Shown here: piece after piece, positions 34,722 to 46,317 of the stretch | Layout: the number at the start of each line of letters is the position of its first letter | Numbering within the stretch: position 1 is the first letter of the stretch | Position numbers and translations under genes: made by a program | Source: Diplonema japonicum | Taxonomy: Eukaryota > Protista > Euglenozoa: Diplonemea | Length of the DNA: 64,000 nt | Assembly: GCA_964019335.1 (NCBI GenBank) | Contig: OZ025742.1 | Location: forward strand, 124,001 to 188,000 | Direction: 5' to 3' | The notes under the pieces: generated by a model | Database searches by the model: none | Seen by the model: only the letters and a program-made list of their open reading frames with translations | Told to the model about the DNA's origin: nothing

Positions 34722-37091
34722 ATGAAGCCAGGGCTGAACGAGCCTTTGAACAGCACTTACAACAACAACGATGACACAATTATCTTCAGCGACAGCGGGT
34801 TGGGGTACAGCACGGGGGAGCTGCTGAATGAGAGAAGCTGGCAGTTCAAGAACAGCGAGGCGGCGCCGGGCGAAGACACGGGCACAGGGACAGAAAAACC
34901 CGCCCCGCCCCTCTCAACGCTCACCAAAATCGCCTACGGCGCCCCCAACTTCGCCATGACCTCCTTAACCATGTTGATAGGCATCCACGGCACTATATTC
35001 TACATAGCAATAGGAGCAGATGTTGCATTCCTCGCCTTCTTCATCTCCATTGCCAGGTCTTTTGACGTCATCACAGATCCGGTCATGGGGTTCTTATCGG
35101 ATTCTACAGAGCCTGAATCGTGGAAACGGCAGTTTTCAAAACTGTCGTTTGTGAAAACGATTGGGCCACGCCTTCCAGAAGGCCGGCGGAGACCTTACAT
35201 GCTTCTTTTTGCTATAGGGTATTCGCTAGCGCTAGTGCTGCTTTTCATCCCGCCGACAGGGTTGAAAGACGGGTGGAAGATCTCATCGTGGTTCGGTTTT
35301 TTTTACATTATCTTCTACCTGTTCGACACATCTGCCAACGTTCCCTGGGGTGCACTGGGACCGGAACTGTCTGACGATCCTAAGGAACGGGACGGTTTGT
35401 TCTTCGTGTCGAACCTCTTCAAGGGAATGGGAGTCTTGGTGGCCGCGACACTGCCCGCGATTCTAACCATTGTTTTAAAGGGCGACACAACCACAGAAGC
35501 AACCCCTACATTGGTAGCTGAACCCGGTGTAACGTGTCCAAGGGAGGTTGAACACATCGTTAAGGGTTGCAGCGATGCCACGCATCTCAATGGTACCAGC
35601 GAGGTTATTATTGAAACGGAGAATTCTGACTCTGCGGAGCTCGACGCGAAGAGGCTTGCGATGGCGCTGGTGGCCGTTTTCTTTGCTGTGTATTATTTCG
35701 CGACGATGATGACCGCTGTTGTTAAAATACGGGAGAAGAAGCACGACGACAGAAAACCGTCCCCGCCGCTTGTCCCGTCCATCATGGCAACGCTTCGGAA
35801 CAAACCGTTCATGTTGATCCTCCCTGCATGGGTTCTCGACATGACCGCCATCACAATGCTTGGAACAATGCTCCCATTCTTCACGGAGTACGTTGTCATG
35901 CCGAACTCCGTCTCGCAATGCGATCCATTATGCTGTGGGGACGACTGTCGATCAGAAGCGTTATGCGGAACAACACTATGGCTTGCCATAGGTTTGGTCG
36001 CGCTAATGGGAGCCAACGTTGTGTCAATGCCATTCTGGCTTCTCGCGACGAGGTACTTCGGAAAGAGAAGAGCGTGGCTGTCGTTCAATTTAATGACCGC
36101 TGTTACAGATTCGTTGTTTGTGTTTGTTGGTGCTGGCGATCCAAAACTTACTGTTTTTCTGGCGTTTTTGAACGGGCTGCCCTCTGGGGGGCAATTCTTA
36201 ACAGAGTCTATTGTTGCGGATGTGATTGATTATGACGAATTTTTGACGGGTTTGAGAAGCGAGGGCCGATTCACGATATTCCAAACGTTTCTCCCGAAGC
36301 TTGTGTCCATCCCCGCGCAGACCATCCCGCTTGCGTTGCTGTCCGCGTTCGGGTTTGTTTCGCCGTGCTCCGACGGGTCGCCGTACCACCCGCAACCGAA
36401 AAAAGTCAAAATTTTCATTCAAATCGTGTTTTTCATCATTCCGTCAATGTGCGCTTTCGCATCGTTTCTGATCAAACGGAAGTTTCCGATCACGGAAAGT
36501 ATGGTGGATGAGATTAGGCTGGGATGTGCGAAGCATTCTAAGAATCAACCTGCATTTGATCCAGTTACAGAAACCATGAAAAACCTCCCTTGGTACGCGA
36601 CGGATCTGGATGTACTTTCAGAGTCGGTGTGGAAACTCGACAATTTTTTCCTCCCTCAGCTGTTGCTTTTTCAGAACGATGCGAAAATAACCGGGGAGAC
36701 AAGCGGGCGTGAAAAAGTGATCGACGGGCTTTCCAAGATGTTTTGGTGGTTGCTGGTATCTGGTGTGGTTCTCCTTTGCCTTACCATAGCTGCTGTCCCA
36801 TTAGGGTGGCTCAGCGATCCGTCAACGTCTTGGATCCCGTCCTTCAGTGTCATCCTCTGTGGGTTGTCGTTCGCCTCTGCAGCGTTCAATAAAACGCGGC
36901 TCACGACCGCTCAGGAGCTCCTTCATAATCCAGACACGTGGAACAAGGTTGTTAAGGTTATCGACGATGTCCTCCATGACAGGAAGGGGACCCGCCCTCC
37001 TGAGACGCAAAGCAACCCCCTCTACCTCGGGATCTCATCGCACTACACCACTATTGAGAATGGACAGCCGGTGGTTAGAGGAACCATCTAG
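34722..37091 (+). CDS. MFS transporter, GPH/MFS_2 (sugar:cation symporter, MFSD2-like) family
   Basis: DVITDPVMGFLSD, GRRRPY, PWGALGPELSDDPKER and ADVIDYDEFLTGLRSEG motifs; 12 or more hydrophobic segments. Confidence 0.92.
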   Translation: MKPGLNEPLNSTYNNNDDTIIFSDSGLGYSTGELLNERSWQFKNSEAAPGEDTGTGTEKPAPPLSTLTKIAYGAPNFAMTSLTMLIGIHGTIFYIAIGADVAFLAFFISIARSFDVITDPVMGFLSDSTEPESWKRQFSKLSFVKTIGPRLPEGRRRPYMLLFAIGYSLALVLLFIPPTGLKDGWKISSWFGFFYIIFYLFDTSANVPWGALGPELSDDPKERDGLFFVSNLFKGMGVLVAATLPAILTIVLKGDTTTEATPTLVAEPGVTCPREVEHIVKGCSDATHLNGTSEVIIETENSDSAELDAKRLAMALVAVFFAVYYFATMMTAVVKIREKKHDDRKPSPPLVPSIMATLRNKPFMLILPAWVLDMTAITMLGTMLPFFTEYVVMPNSVSQCDPLCCGDDCRSEALCGTTLWLAIGLVALMGANVVSMPFWLLATRYFGKRRAWLSFNLMTAVTDSLFVFVGAGDPKLTVFLAFLNGLPSGGQFLTESIVADVIDYDEFLTGLRSEGRFTIFQTFLPKLVSIPAQTIPLALLSAFGFVSPCSDGSPYHPQPKKVKIFIQIVFFIIPSMCAFASFLIKRKFPITESMVDEIRLGCAKHSKNQPAFDPVTETMKNLPWYATDLDVLSESVWKLDNFFLPQLLLFQNDAKITGETSGREKVIDGLSKMFWWLLVSGVVLLCLTIAAVPLGWLSDPSTSWIPSFSVILCGLSFASAAFNKTRLTTAQELLHNPDTWNKVVKVIDDVLHDRKGTRPPETQSNPLYLGISSHYTTIENGQPVVRGTI

Positions 37092-37315
37092 GGGGGGTTT
37101 ATACACTAAAGAAAAAAAAAAAAAAAAAAGAAAAATCAATGCCGTATACATTTTTTTTTTTTGTGATTTTTTTTTCTTTTGCGAGACATTTTGTGATTTT
37201 TTTTCGGGGGGGGAGGGGGTAATTCACTTAATACCTAAGAGAAAAAGAAGGGGGGGGAAAAAAAGTCCAAAATTCACCCAGTGCCCAAAAAAAAAAAAAA
37301 AAAGGTTTTTTTTGG

Positions 37316-37571
37316 GGTCTGGGAGGTCCATCCAGCTGTCCTCAAGTGAGATTGTCTCTTGAAACCCCATTTTGGGTATTAATTGAACTTTCAACTTTTT
37401 TCTGGGTACTATTAAGGTGAATTGCCCCTTCTTTGGGGGGCAGCAACCGCCTTACCGCGCCGCACTGGTTAAAAGCTCGCCCCAACGTGTAATTTGACTA
37501 CAACCACCCCCCGCCCCGTGTACTTTATGGCACACTTGGGGCCGACTGTGTCACCTTGATATTAAAAAATC

Positions 37572-37574
<3 letters not shown>
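37316..37574 (+). mobile_element. Probable degenerate T-tailed retroposon
   Basis: Complex island between T-runs. Its end (ggccgactgtgtcac...aaaatcgag plus poly(T)) resembles the 3' end of 38090-38537. Confidence 0.4.
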
Positions 37575-37604
<30 letters not shown>

Positions 37605-37605
<1 letters not shown>

Positions 37606-37659
37606 ATAAGTAGAGACAAGGGGGACGTTCCAAAACAGGAACCTCCTTTATCTCATCTC
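37605..37659 (+). mobile_element. 55-bp 3'-terminal fragment of the LINE at 44577-46317
   Basis: Identical to 46263-46317 and embedded in poly(T). Confidence 0.9.
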
Positions 37660-38089
37660 TTTTTTTTTTTTTTTTTTTTTTTTTTGAATGAGAAACCAAT
37701 ATGTTGTTCTTTATTTTTTTTGGGGGGGGGTAGATTACTGCGGTACAAACTAAACACAAATTACAAAAAAAAAAAAAAAAAAAACATGAAAAGAGATTAG
37801 TGATCTTTGGATTTATCTTGTATTCTTTTTGATTTTTTTTTTCTTACCGTTCCCCCGTCACGACGCTAACGTGGAAGGTTCCTTAAGACCATTCACTTAT
37901 TGCTATTGAAAAAAAAAAGGGGGGGGCAGCAGCATTCCACGGGGGGGTGCGTCAAGACGCGGGTGAGTGGAAACAACCTTTTTTTTTTTTCTTCTCACTT
38001 TTCTTTCCTAGATTTTACCTTTAACACACAACAAAAAAAAGGGGAGAAGAAGGCATCCGTTGCTTCTTTTCTTTCTTTCTCTTTTTTTG

Positions 38090-38165
38090 GGGGACCAATG
38101 TTTCCAACCTCCCTGTGGTGGTTCCTGGTAATTGTGGTTTGGAGAAACACAAGCGAAAGGGAAAC
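38090..38165 (+). ncRNA. Compact HDV-like self-cleaving ribozyme (family B)
   Basis: P1 GGGGACC 38090-96/GGUUCCU 38120-26 (G1-U wobble); P2 GUUUCC 38100-05/GGAAAC 38160-65; P3 ACC/GGU; L3 UCCCUGU; GG 38127-28; P4 UUGUG/CACAA; J4/2 G-C38154-GAA. Confidence 0.85.
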
Positions 38166-38537
38166 TCTCGTTCTAAAGCCGTACACGTGGGGATACCTGG
38201 ACGGGGGTGGAGAGCCCACCCTACGCGTGGCGCCAGTTAGCATCGCCCTCAACGGAGAGTCCCTTATCCCATTACATCGAACAAGGAGGTGGCTTCACCA
38301 GGTCAGGCAAGTAGCCTCCCCGCGGCATCGTGCCAGTGAAGCAAGCCTCCCACAACTCTCCAGTTGGTGTTTAATTGCTTCTGTGGCCCCTCTCCCTATT
38401 TCAATTTCCAAGCTTTCTTTACCTCTCCACTTTTACTTTCTACGGGACCACAGGGGACTTGGGAGGCTTCGGGGCGAAGTTTCACAAGGGTGGCCGCTGT
38501 GTCACATACTGCATGGCACCACTAAAATCGAGACAAC
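38090..38537 (+). mobile_element. Ribozyme-headed SINE-like retroposon, family B
   Basis: Complex island bounded by T-runs. It starts at ribozyme P1 and ends aaaatcgagacaac plus poly(T); single copy in the window. Confidence 0.65.
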
Positions 38538-38973
38538 TTTTTTTTTTTTTTTTTTTTTTTTTCTTCCCTCCCGAATCGGGAAAATCACAAGACACCGTTT
38601 GCTGCAAGCAGTTCTTTCCCACACACTTCAAAAAAAGTGGTAGGTTGGTAATTCACTTGTTGCCCAAAAAAAAAAAGTCGAAAATTTCACTAATGGATTT
38701 TTTTTTTTGGGTATTTTTGGTTCCCTGAGAGGCTGAGCAAGGGGGGGACTACTTTAGACATTTTATAAAATAGTTTCAACTCTAAAGGGTATTTTCGACT
38801 TTTTTTTTGGGTTATTAGGTGGTTTTAAACAGCTTTTTTTTCTTTTTTTTTTTTTTTTTTTCTTCCCTTGGCGCTGCCCTCTCCAGCAAACAATTGCACA
38901 TGACGCAGCGTTTATTCACATTATTATTATTATTATTATTTTTGCCCCCTTTCTCTTATATGTTACTAAATCT

Positions 38974-39015
<42 letters not shown>

Positions 39016-39871
39016 GAATGGGGAAAAAAACACCCCCTTCCCCCCCCACCCAACGACACCCAGCAACACCGCCACTGATCACAGGTGGGGTCCTTTTTTT
39101 TTTCCAGAGGCAAAAAAAAAAAAAAAAAAAACTAAAAAACCAAAAGATATTTTCTTCGTTTACCAGAACGAGTCACCTGCCTAGGTGTGAGCCTTGCAAC
39201 GCCCCTTAAGCTGACCCTGATGTCTCTGGTAATTTGGAAGTAAATAAGATTTTTCTTGAAACCAAAAAAAGGGGGGGGGGGGAAGAAAAGGCCTGAAAAA
39301 CGCCAGAAAAAAGGGCAATTTGGGAAGGGTGTGTGGGGGAGGAAAATATATGGGGGAGAAGACACTAGTTTTCCTTTTCCCCCGCCCAGCCTTCCTTTCT
39401 GTTCTTTTGTATTTCTTTTCCTTTGTCCAGTGGGTGGAGGGGGGGGGGGGCTGCAGGTATCGTTGTTATCACTGTTGTTGTTTTCTTCTCTTTTTCTTTT
39501 TTTTTTTTATTTTTATATTCGGTCATTTTACTTCTCCCTCCCCCCTCTCCCCTCCCACCCTATTTTCCATCTTAAATTCTTGAGAAATAAAAAGAAAGAT
39601 ACTTCAAAAAAAAAGAAAAACCCATGAATAGAACAAAAGGGAAAAAAAAAAGAAAACGAACTAGAAGAAAAGAAAAGAAAACATTTGTAGCCATTTCTAC
39701 GGTTGGTGTCATCTCTAAGAAACACAAGCTTAGTTAGGCGAGACAAAAAAATAGCCCTCTTGTGCCGGGCTGCGAAATGCTTAAAATTTGCCCGAGCATT
39801 GGCGGCTTTAACACTAAACGTGTAGCAACTTCCTATGTAAAAACGGCACCTTTTTTTTTTTGTATATTGTG

Positions 39872-39908
39872 AGGCGTCCTGCCACATACCGCAGGTACCC
39901 TTAAATGT

Positions 39909-39911
<3 letters not shown>
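39872..39911 (+). mobile_element. 40-bp T-tailed micro-retroposon (copy 2)
   Basis: Identical to 7760-7799 and followed by poly(T). Confidence 0.8.
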
Positions 39912-39942
<31 letters not shown>

Positions 39943-40466
39943 GATTTTCGGGTTTTCTGTTTATCATTTACCGTAGAAATGCCCAATATATATCGTTGTG
40001 CTTGGAGTAATGGTGGAGTGCTTTTTTTTTTTTTTTAAATTTTTTTTTTCTCTCTCTACTCTTTTTTGAAAATATTATTCACATTGAGAGTTGAGTTTAA
40101 AAAAAAAAAAAAAAAGAAGAAGAAAGAAGAAAAAAAAAAAGAACTTGCCCCTTGCTTGGGGAGGGTGGGAGTTAATTCAGTTTTTTTGTGTGCGGGAGGG
40201 GGGAAAAAAGGAGAGGAGACGGGAGGGTCGCACTATTCGAACTCGAGTCCCTTTCTTCAATGATGGGGCTTTCTTTTTATTTTTCCCCGAGTTCGGGAGA
40301 GAAAAAAAAAATAAACAAAAAAAAACAAAAAAAACTGAGAGTTACTTTGGTACTACCACGAACCTCCCCTGCCGAAGGGCTGTTACTGCAAATGCCCTTC
40401 TTTTTTTTTTTTTTTTTTTTTCTTCTTCTTCTCTTTCTTCCAACAAACTCAGCGCATCATCAAAAA

Positions 40467-40506
<40 letters not shown>

Positions 40507-40513
40507 TTTTTTT

Positions 40514-40858
40514 CCGTAAAACGAACGAAATGCCTGTTGTGGCCGCACTGTGATATTAGGAACCAGCATCCCTCATTTTACTCCCCAGGGCTGATCCCGT
40601 TTGCCCTCAAATTGCTGTCGACTTCATAGCAACCGAGAGGATCCACATGGACAGGATGCACCGAAAAGGAACCAGGAACCATCCTGATATTCCGGCAGAA
40701 ACCCCGAAGGCCACCCGATCCTAGAGGAGCAACTGCGAACACATTAGATTGCATCCGCTAGTTGGTTTCACGCCCAAGCTGCTGAATAGATACCACGACG
40801 GGCCTAAGGCACTACCACGACAGAAGGGATCAAACACTAGGTTCCCTTCAAAGACACC
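40514..40858 (+). mobile_element. Probable retroposon 3' fragment
   Basis: Complex island between T-runs ending in the hairpin gaagggatc/gttcccttc, then aaagacacc and poly(T); single copy. Confidence 0.4.
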
Positions 40859-40876
40859 TTTTTTTTTTTTTTTTTT

Positions 40877-41149
40877 GGCGTTCCCAGCAGCGCGAGTGGA
40901 TCGCGTCAACTCCCTGCGCTGTATAGGAGGACCGACCACACACGGGTATGACAGGAGGCCAGTACTCCCGGAGCGAACCATGAGCAGCATCGAAGGCTTG
41001 CGTGACACGTACCTGTCGCAGACCCCGACAAGGCTGCCCCGCAGTTTTACCACCGCAGTAGGAACCCGCCAGAGCCCCCAGAACGGGGACAACGGGGACT
41101 AAGTACAGCGCGGCCGGTGAGCGCAAAAACGCATACCTTAAAAGAATAG
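40877..41149 (+). mobile_element. T-tailed retroposon family C, longer copy
   Basis: Shares its 3' portion with 18468-18647 and is flanked by T-runs. Confidence 0.8.
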
Positions 41150-41239
41150 TTTTTTTTTTTTTTTTTTTTCCCACTCTACCATATGTACCCCCGTTCTATT
41201 CATTTAAAAAAAAAAGCAAAAAAAAAAAAAAAAAAAAAA

Positions 41240-42012
41240 ATGGCGAAAACAATCCAGAAGCTAGGCATACCAGGTGTTAAGAACATCATAGCAGTGTCGT
41301 CCTGTAAGGGGGGCGTCGGGAAAAGCACCACTGCCGTCAACCTCGCAGTGGCAATGAGCAATTTGGGAAGGGTCACTGGGCTGCTGGACGCCGACGTGCA
41401 AGGCCCCAGCATCCCGCGAATGTTGGGGATGCACAAGCTGGAAGGAGTAAAAGGGACAGCAGAGGGGAAATTCCTCCCCCCTCAGAACTACGGCGTCAAA
41501 GCCATGTCCCTGGGGCTGCTGGTCGATGACGATAAATCCGTAGTGGCTAGAGGGCCTATGATATCACAGCAAATACAAGGCTTGATCACACAGGTTGACT
41601 GGGGCGAGTTAGATGTACTTTGCATCGACATGCCACCTGGGACACATGACGTCCACCTCACCATCGCACAGCACCTCTCGCTTGATGGTGCTGTGGTAGT
41701 CACTACTCCGCAGGAGATTGCGGCGATGGACACGCGGCGGGGGATGCAGATGTTTCGTGAGGTGAAGGTACCCCTCCTCGGGCTTATCGAGAACATGTCT
41801 TACTTTCTCTGCCCGAACTGCACCGAGAAGCACTACCTCTTCGGCAAGGCGAACCTTGCAGAGGAGGCCGCGAAGAAATTTCAGATCCCCTTGTTGGGTG
41901 CCATACCCTTCGAGCTCTCCACACGTGAGGGCGGCGATCTCGGCGCCCCTGTGACACACCTTGGTGAAAATGGGCATGTTATGGCAAAACCGTATGAGGG
42001 GGGGGGAAATAT

Positions 42013-42044
<32 letters not shown>

Positions 42045-42141
42045 CAGTTACTTCAGCATTGCAAAGGAGATTCTCCAGATTTTGGACGAGAAGGACAAAA
42101 AGAAAGACGGCCAGAAGCTCGAAATTGTGTTTGAGGATTGA
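41240..42141 (+). CDS. NUBPL: Mrp/Nbp35-family P-loop NTPase, Ind1/NUBPL-like; join(41240..41991,42048..42141)
   Basis: KGGVGKST, DADVQGPS, DMPPGT, TTPQ, ENMS and CPNC motifs, with no Nbp35 N-terminal Cys cluster. A 56-nt intron gives PYFSIAKEILQIL...IVFED*. Confidence 0.85.
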
Positions 42142-42295
42142 AAAAAAAAAAAAAAAAAAAAAAAGAATATTTAACTTAACCTGCTAACAACGTATTGCCC
42201 CTTCCCCTGTTTACAACACGCATAACCATTTTTTTTAAAAAAAAAAAGAGGGGGAGGGGAAAGAAGAACAAAAAAAAAAAAGAAAAAAAAAAAAG

Positions 42296-43225
42296 ATGCA
42301 ACCGAGTGTAGCGAACCTCCGCACAACGGCCACGACATGGTGGTGCAACCTTCCGATGGCTACAAGAGCGGTGCTCGTCGTGTGCACTTCTATGTGGTTT
42401 CTTAACGGCATCGGTTTGTATCACATATCAGGCGCGTGCTCGGGGGGGTACACATTACTCGGAAAATGGCAGATATGGAGACTGCTCACCGCCCCGATCA
42501 CCCACGTCGGCCTCCTACACCTGGCAATGAACATGGCCGCACTGCTGTCTCTTCTTCCACCGTTGGAAAAGGCACACGGGACCGCAGCTGCCTTCACGAT
42601 GCTGTTCTTATTCATGGTGCTCTCGCAAATCATAGCGATCACCCCTTGTACGGTATTCCACGTTCTGTTTGGGGTCGACTGGGTATTTGAATGGCGTGCG
42701 TGTTCTGCTGGGATTTCCGGGGTTTTGTTCAGCCTTTTGACATTGCACGTGACAACTGATGAATCGGGGCTTCTGCCTGTGAAGCGGGTTTTGTGTGGGT
42801 TTGCGATTCCCAATGCGGCGTATCCTTGGGTTCTTATCGTGCTTATCCAGTTGTTGATGCCCGGGGTGTCGTTTATGGGGCATGTTGGAGGGGTGCTTGC
42901 GGCGTATTTGTTCCCTCCTGCGACCATCCGTGGTCCCTTTGTGGCGCTTGACGGGCGGTTCCCCACTATCTTGAAATCGTCGTCTAGCTACGTGCCGACG
43001 AACCGTAGTTCCCTCCCCACGCACGAGCCTGCCGTTGTGTCCGGGGTGTGGTCGTGGTCCTCTGCTGCAGCGTCGAGCACCGTCACCTCCGCCTCGCAGG
43101 AAAAAAGCTTCCCGGGATCTGGTCGTGTTCTCCGTTCTGAGTCCCCTGCGTCATCCTTGCCCCATGTTACCGCATCCCCACCTGTCGCCGTCGCTGTGGA
43201 AGAAGAGGCCCCTAAGCATGAGTAG
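42296..43225 (+). CDS. Rhomboid-family intramembrane protease (RHBDL4/RHBDD1-like) with C-terminal SHP box
   Basis: QIWRL, HLAMNM, catalytic GISG and GHVGG motifs; FPGSGRVL resembles the p97-binding SHP motif. Confidence 0.88.
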   Translation: MQPSVANLRTTATTWWCNLPMATRAVLVVCTSMWFLNGIGLYHISGACSGGYTLLGKWQIWRLLTAPITHVGLLHLAMNMAALLSLLPPLEKAHGTAAAFTMLFLFMVLSQIIAITPCTVFHVLFGVDWVFEWRACSAGISGVLFSLLTLHVTTDESGLLPVKRVLCGFAIPNAAYPWVLIVLIQLLMPGVSFMGHVGGVLAAYLFPPATIRGPFVALDGRFPTILKSSSSYVPTNRSSLPTHEPAVVSGVWSWSSAAASSTVTSASQEKSFPGSGRVLRSESPASSLPHVTASPPVAVAVEEEAPKHE

Positions 43226-43860
43226 AACGGAACGGTTTTAAAAAAAAATATATATATATATATATGGGTCGATTTCAAAACCCCCCCCCCCCCCAAAAAT
43301 GAGGCCAATTGACACTTTCGTTGCATCTTTGGGCATGCCGCCCCCTTTAAAAAAAATTCTCCATATTTCCCGGCCCATATTAGGAAAGAACCCGGGTCAG
43401 AAATCGCTCAAGGGTGCTATTTTGACCTATGAAAAATTCAGTCTTAGGGTCAAAATCGGGTTTTAGTGGTTTTGGTAAAGTCAGAGATTATGCTTTCAAT
43501 AGCAAGAAGTAGCGAAACTCACTGCTAGAAGGTGGCTGAAATGATGTTGGAAGTGGAAACCTTCATTTCCTAGTCTTCTGCGGCTGAGATGTGCTGCTGC
43601 TGAGTGGGCGACCTCGTTTCTTTTTCATACTATTAGGCCTTCTACCGCATTTTGGGGGGGTTTTAAGAGGCTCATTCATAGGTGTACTTGTGCTTTGGGC
43701 TTGTCATGGGGTGGCGAGTATTTTCGTAATTTGGTTACCATTCTTTCTCGTTTTTCAAGTCCGGGAAGGCTATCAGGAACGTCCTCGTACTCATCACAAG
43801 ATTCATAGACTGGGGGCCTTTTCTCTGCCCTGTCTGCATCGAGTTCTTTGATGATGTACT

Positions 43861-44304
43861 TTAGTTCCTTCTAGCTCGTGGACGCACACGTAGCAAAACA
43901 CCCTCCGGTGTGCTGAGCTCATATGCACCTGTAAAATCCGGAAACTCAAGAATTTTCTTTTTGTACGGGCCAAAGACATCAGTAACTACATGCACGGCAC
44001 ACTGTATCGTATTGGTGATGTTAGCTATTTGTTCCACAGTTTTAATTGTTGTGGAGCGAGGCACCCAAAACCAAACACGAGAGAGCACACCAAAGTGGCT
44101 GTCCCTGTTGTTTTTGCCGTGTTTCTCCCCCAGAAACCACAGGGAAAACGTCCGATCGGGATATACATAACGAAGACCAAAAAGAACAAAGTAGCAAAAT
44201 TCCTTTGCACGAAAGTGACGCCCACCGTCAGTCCAGAGTATCCACTCCATTTTTTTCTTTATTTTTTCCTGTGCCCATGCTACTGTGGAACAAGACTTTT
44301 CCAA
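43861..44304 (-). pseudogene. Transposase remnant (Sola-type DDD catalytic region)
   Basis: WTDGGRHFR...FLGEKHGKNNRDSHFG resembles the SDG...HGKxxxD motif; the upstream part is broken by stops and the LINE insertion. Confidence 0.65.
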
Positions 44305-44576
44305 CAGTAAGGCCAGCTGCCCTTATTTCATCATGTGTGATGTGGTCAAGCCTCATGCCTCTGACCAATTGGCGCCGTGTGGTGTCTTGTTGGCTACTAA
44401 ATCAACCAGAAAATGATAGCAGAAGTGCCGCTAGAAGTTCCCTTTTACACACCACTTCACAAACTAGTGCAGCACAGTCGTTGCCACTGAGCTTCTCAAA
44501 AACCTCTGTGGCGAGTGTCCTGATCGCCGTGGTGTTCCCATTTACCCTTTCTCGGTCCGAATACCATTTTTTTTTT

Positions 44577-46317
44577 GGATGGTCAGACGCAGACGGACAA
44601 CACCAGGGCCAGGGCGGCGGGCGACACGCTACGGAGGCTCGCGACCACTCAGCTCTCTTTCTGGCAGAAAGCGGAAGTCCTGCGAACAACGGTGCTACCC
44701 AGCTGTCTGTATGATGTTGCATTCGCGCCGCCGTCGGAAGGATACCTCAAATCGCTCACATCAACCGCGACATACGCCTTGTGGGGACCGAGGTACAGAA
44801 CAAGATCACCAGCGGCGGTGCTGTCAAACCTGTTCAGCGGACACACACACGACCCAGAGGTAGCAGCGCCCTACAGAGCACTAGCAGCCATATACAGAAC
44901 GAGACGAAAATTGGGAGAGGTGTGGGAGCGGTGCCAGAGACTTGCCAAAGGGTACCAAGACCCGACAAGAACGACACCTTTGGGCCCGATAGGCAACGCG
45001 ATGAAGCGGTGGCTCCCGAAGATCAGCACAAACTGGGGGCAGTTCACCGAAATGCTAGCTGAGAACAAGGACAAATTCGCACATGTAGTGCGAGAAAAGC
45101 TAAGGTCGGGACGTGCGGAACACATACAGGACAGAAGACGCTCGATGGAGGGGTTAGACCGGGGGCGCAGACCCACGCACGAACGACCTGTGGCGAGAGC
45201 TGATGAGACTCGGACCACAAGGAGCAATGGCAGCGAGAGACCTCCGGAGGATCGTGGCGGGAGGGGTTTTCTACACCCACCCAAAGGCGTGGTACCAGGA
45301 CAAAATCACCAGACGGGTACCACCCCCAGAGGGCGAGCAGAGCGAAAGCGAGGACAGCTCGGAAGAGGAAGGGGACGAGACACACGAGCGTGTGAACAAG
45401 AGACCAACAACAGACGAAGTCACATGCGACGCGTGCGGTGCGGAGGAGGACGAGAGCAACATGCTGCGACACGCATTATGGGAATGCAGTGTGGCGAAGG
45501 AGGTGCAACAGAAGGAAGTACATGCAGAAGTAGTGGCCAGCAAGACGGAAATGCCAATCTGCATGCAGCTACATGGAACGCTCCCGCGTGGTCACCGAAC
45601 ACACCAACACCGGCTGAGGAAGACGCAATACTACCTGCTGGAAGTGGTGGCAAAACGGGACCAGCTTCTCCAGGACAAGAGAAAGCTAGAAACGTACACG
45701 ACGCACCCCTGGGAACAGATAACGGAAGGAAACGCTCATGCGCCACCTGAATGGAAGGAGCTGAGGAAGCATGTGAGCGGGAGCCTGATGATGAAGCACG
45801 GTGAAGACATCGTCAAGTGGCTCAAAAAGCTGAAGTGGTACGATGGACCGAGGAAGACGACAGTCACCACAATGGAACTCGTACTAGACTTCGAGAACAC
45901 GCTGGGCGTCGAGCCGATCACGGGGAAGAAGGGTGATCTAGACATGATACAGAAGAAAGCGCGGAGTTTCCACGGCCTCATGGAAAGAATCCAAGAGGGG
46001 TGGGACACAGCACGCATACAGAAGAAGGTCAGAGGCAAGCGGATCTTCCCAGCGGAGAGCCAGAAGAACCACGCGCTTAGAACCATAGGTGCGAAGAAGA
46101 GTCTGGGATGGAACAGAAGGCCAGTTTTTGCATCAGAGAAAACCAAGAAGGACCTTAAGAAACTGGGCAGAAAGTGGCAAGAAGAAAGGGAGGATACTTT
46201 GAGGAAGGCAACACAGCCAAAAAAGAAAGAAAGGCCGAGGCCCCAGAAGGGAGAAAGGGGTAGATAAGTAGAGACAAGGGGGACGTTCCAAAACAGGAAC
46301 CTCCTTTATCTCATCTC
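44577..46317 (+). mobile_element. 5'-truncated non-LTR retrotransposon (RT C-terminal region plus CCHC zinc knuckle), frameshifted
   Basis: VLPSCLY...ALWG (RT thumb-like), then after a frameshift near 45170 LRRIVAGG...CDACG...HALWEC. It ends in a 3' stem-loop abutting T5, with T10 at the 5' junction. Confidence 0.8.

Noticed and set aside
38310-38345. gcc-tccccgc-ggc resembling a second HDV P3/L3
   Set aside because: No matching P1 partner or P1.1 GG; it lies inside a simple long hairpin.
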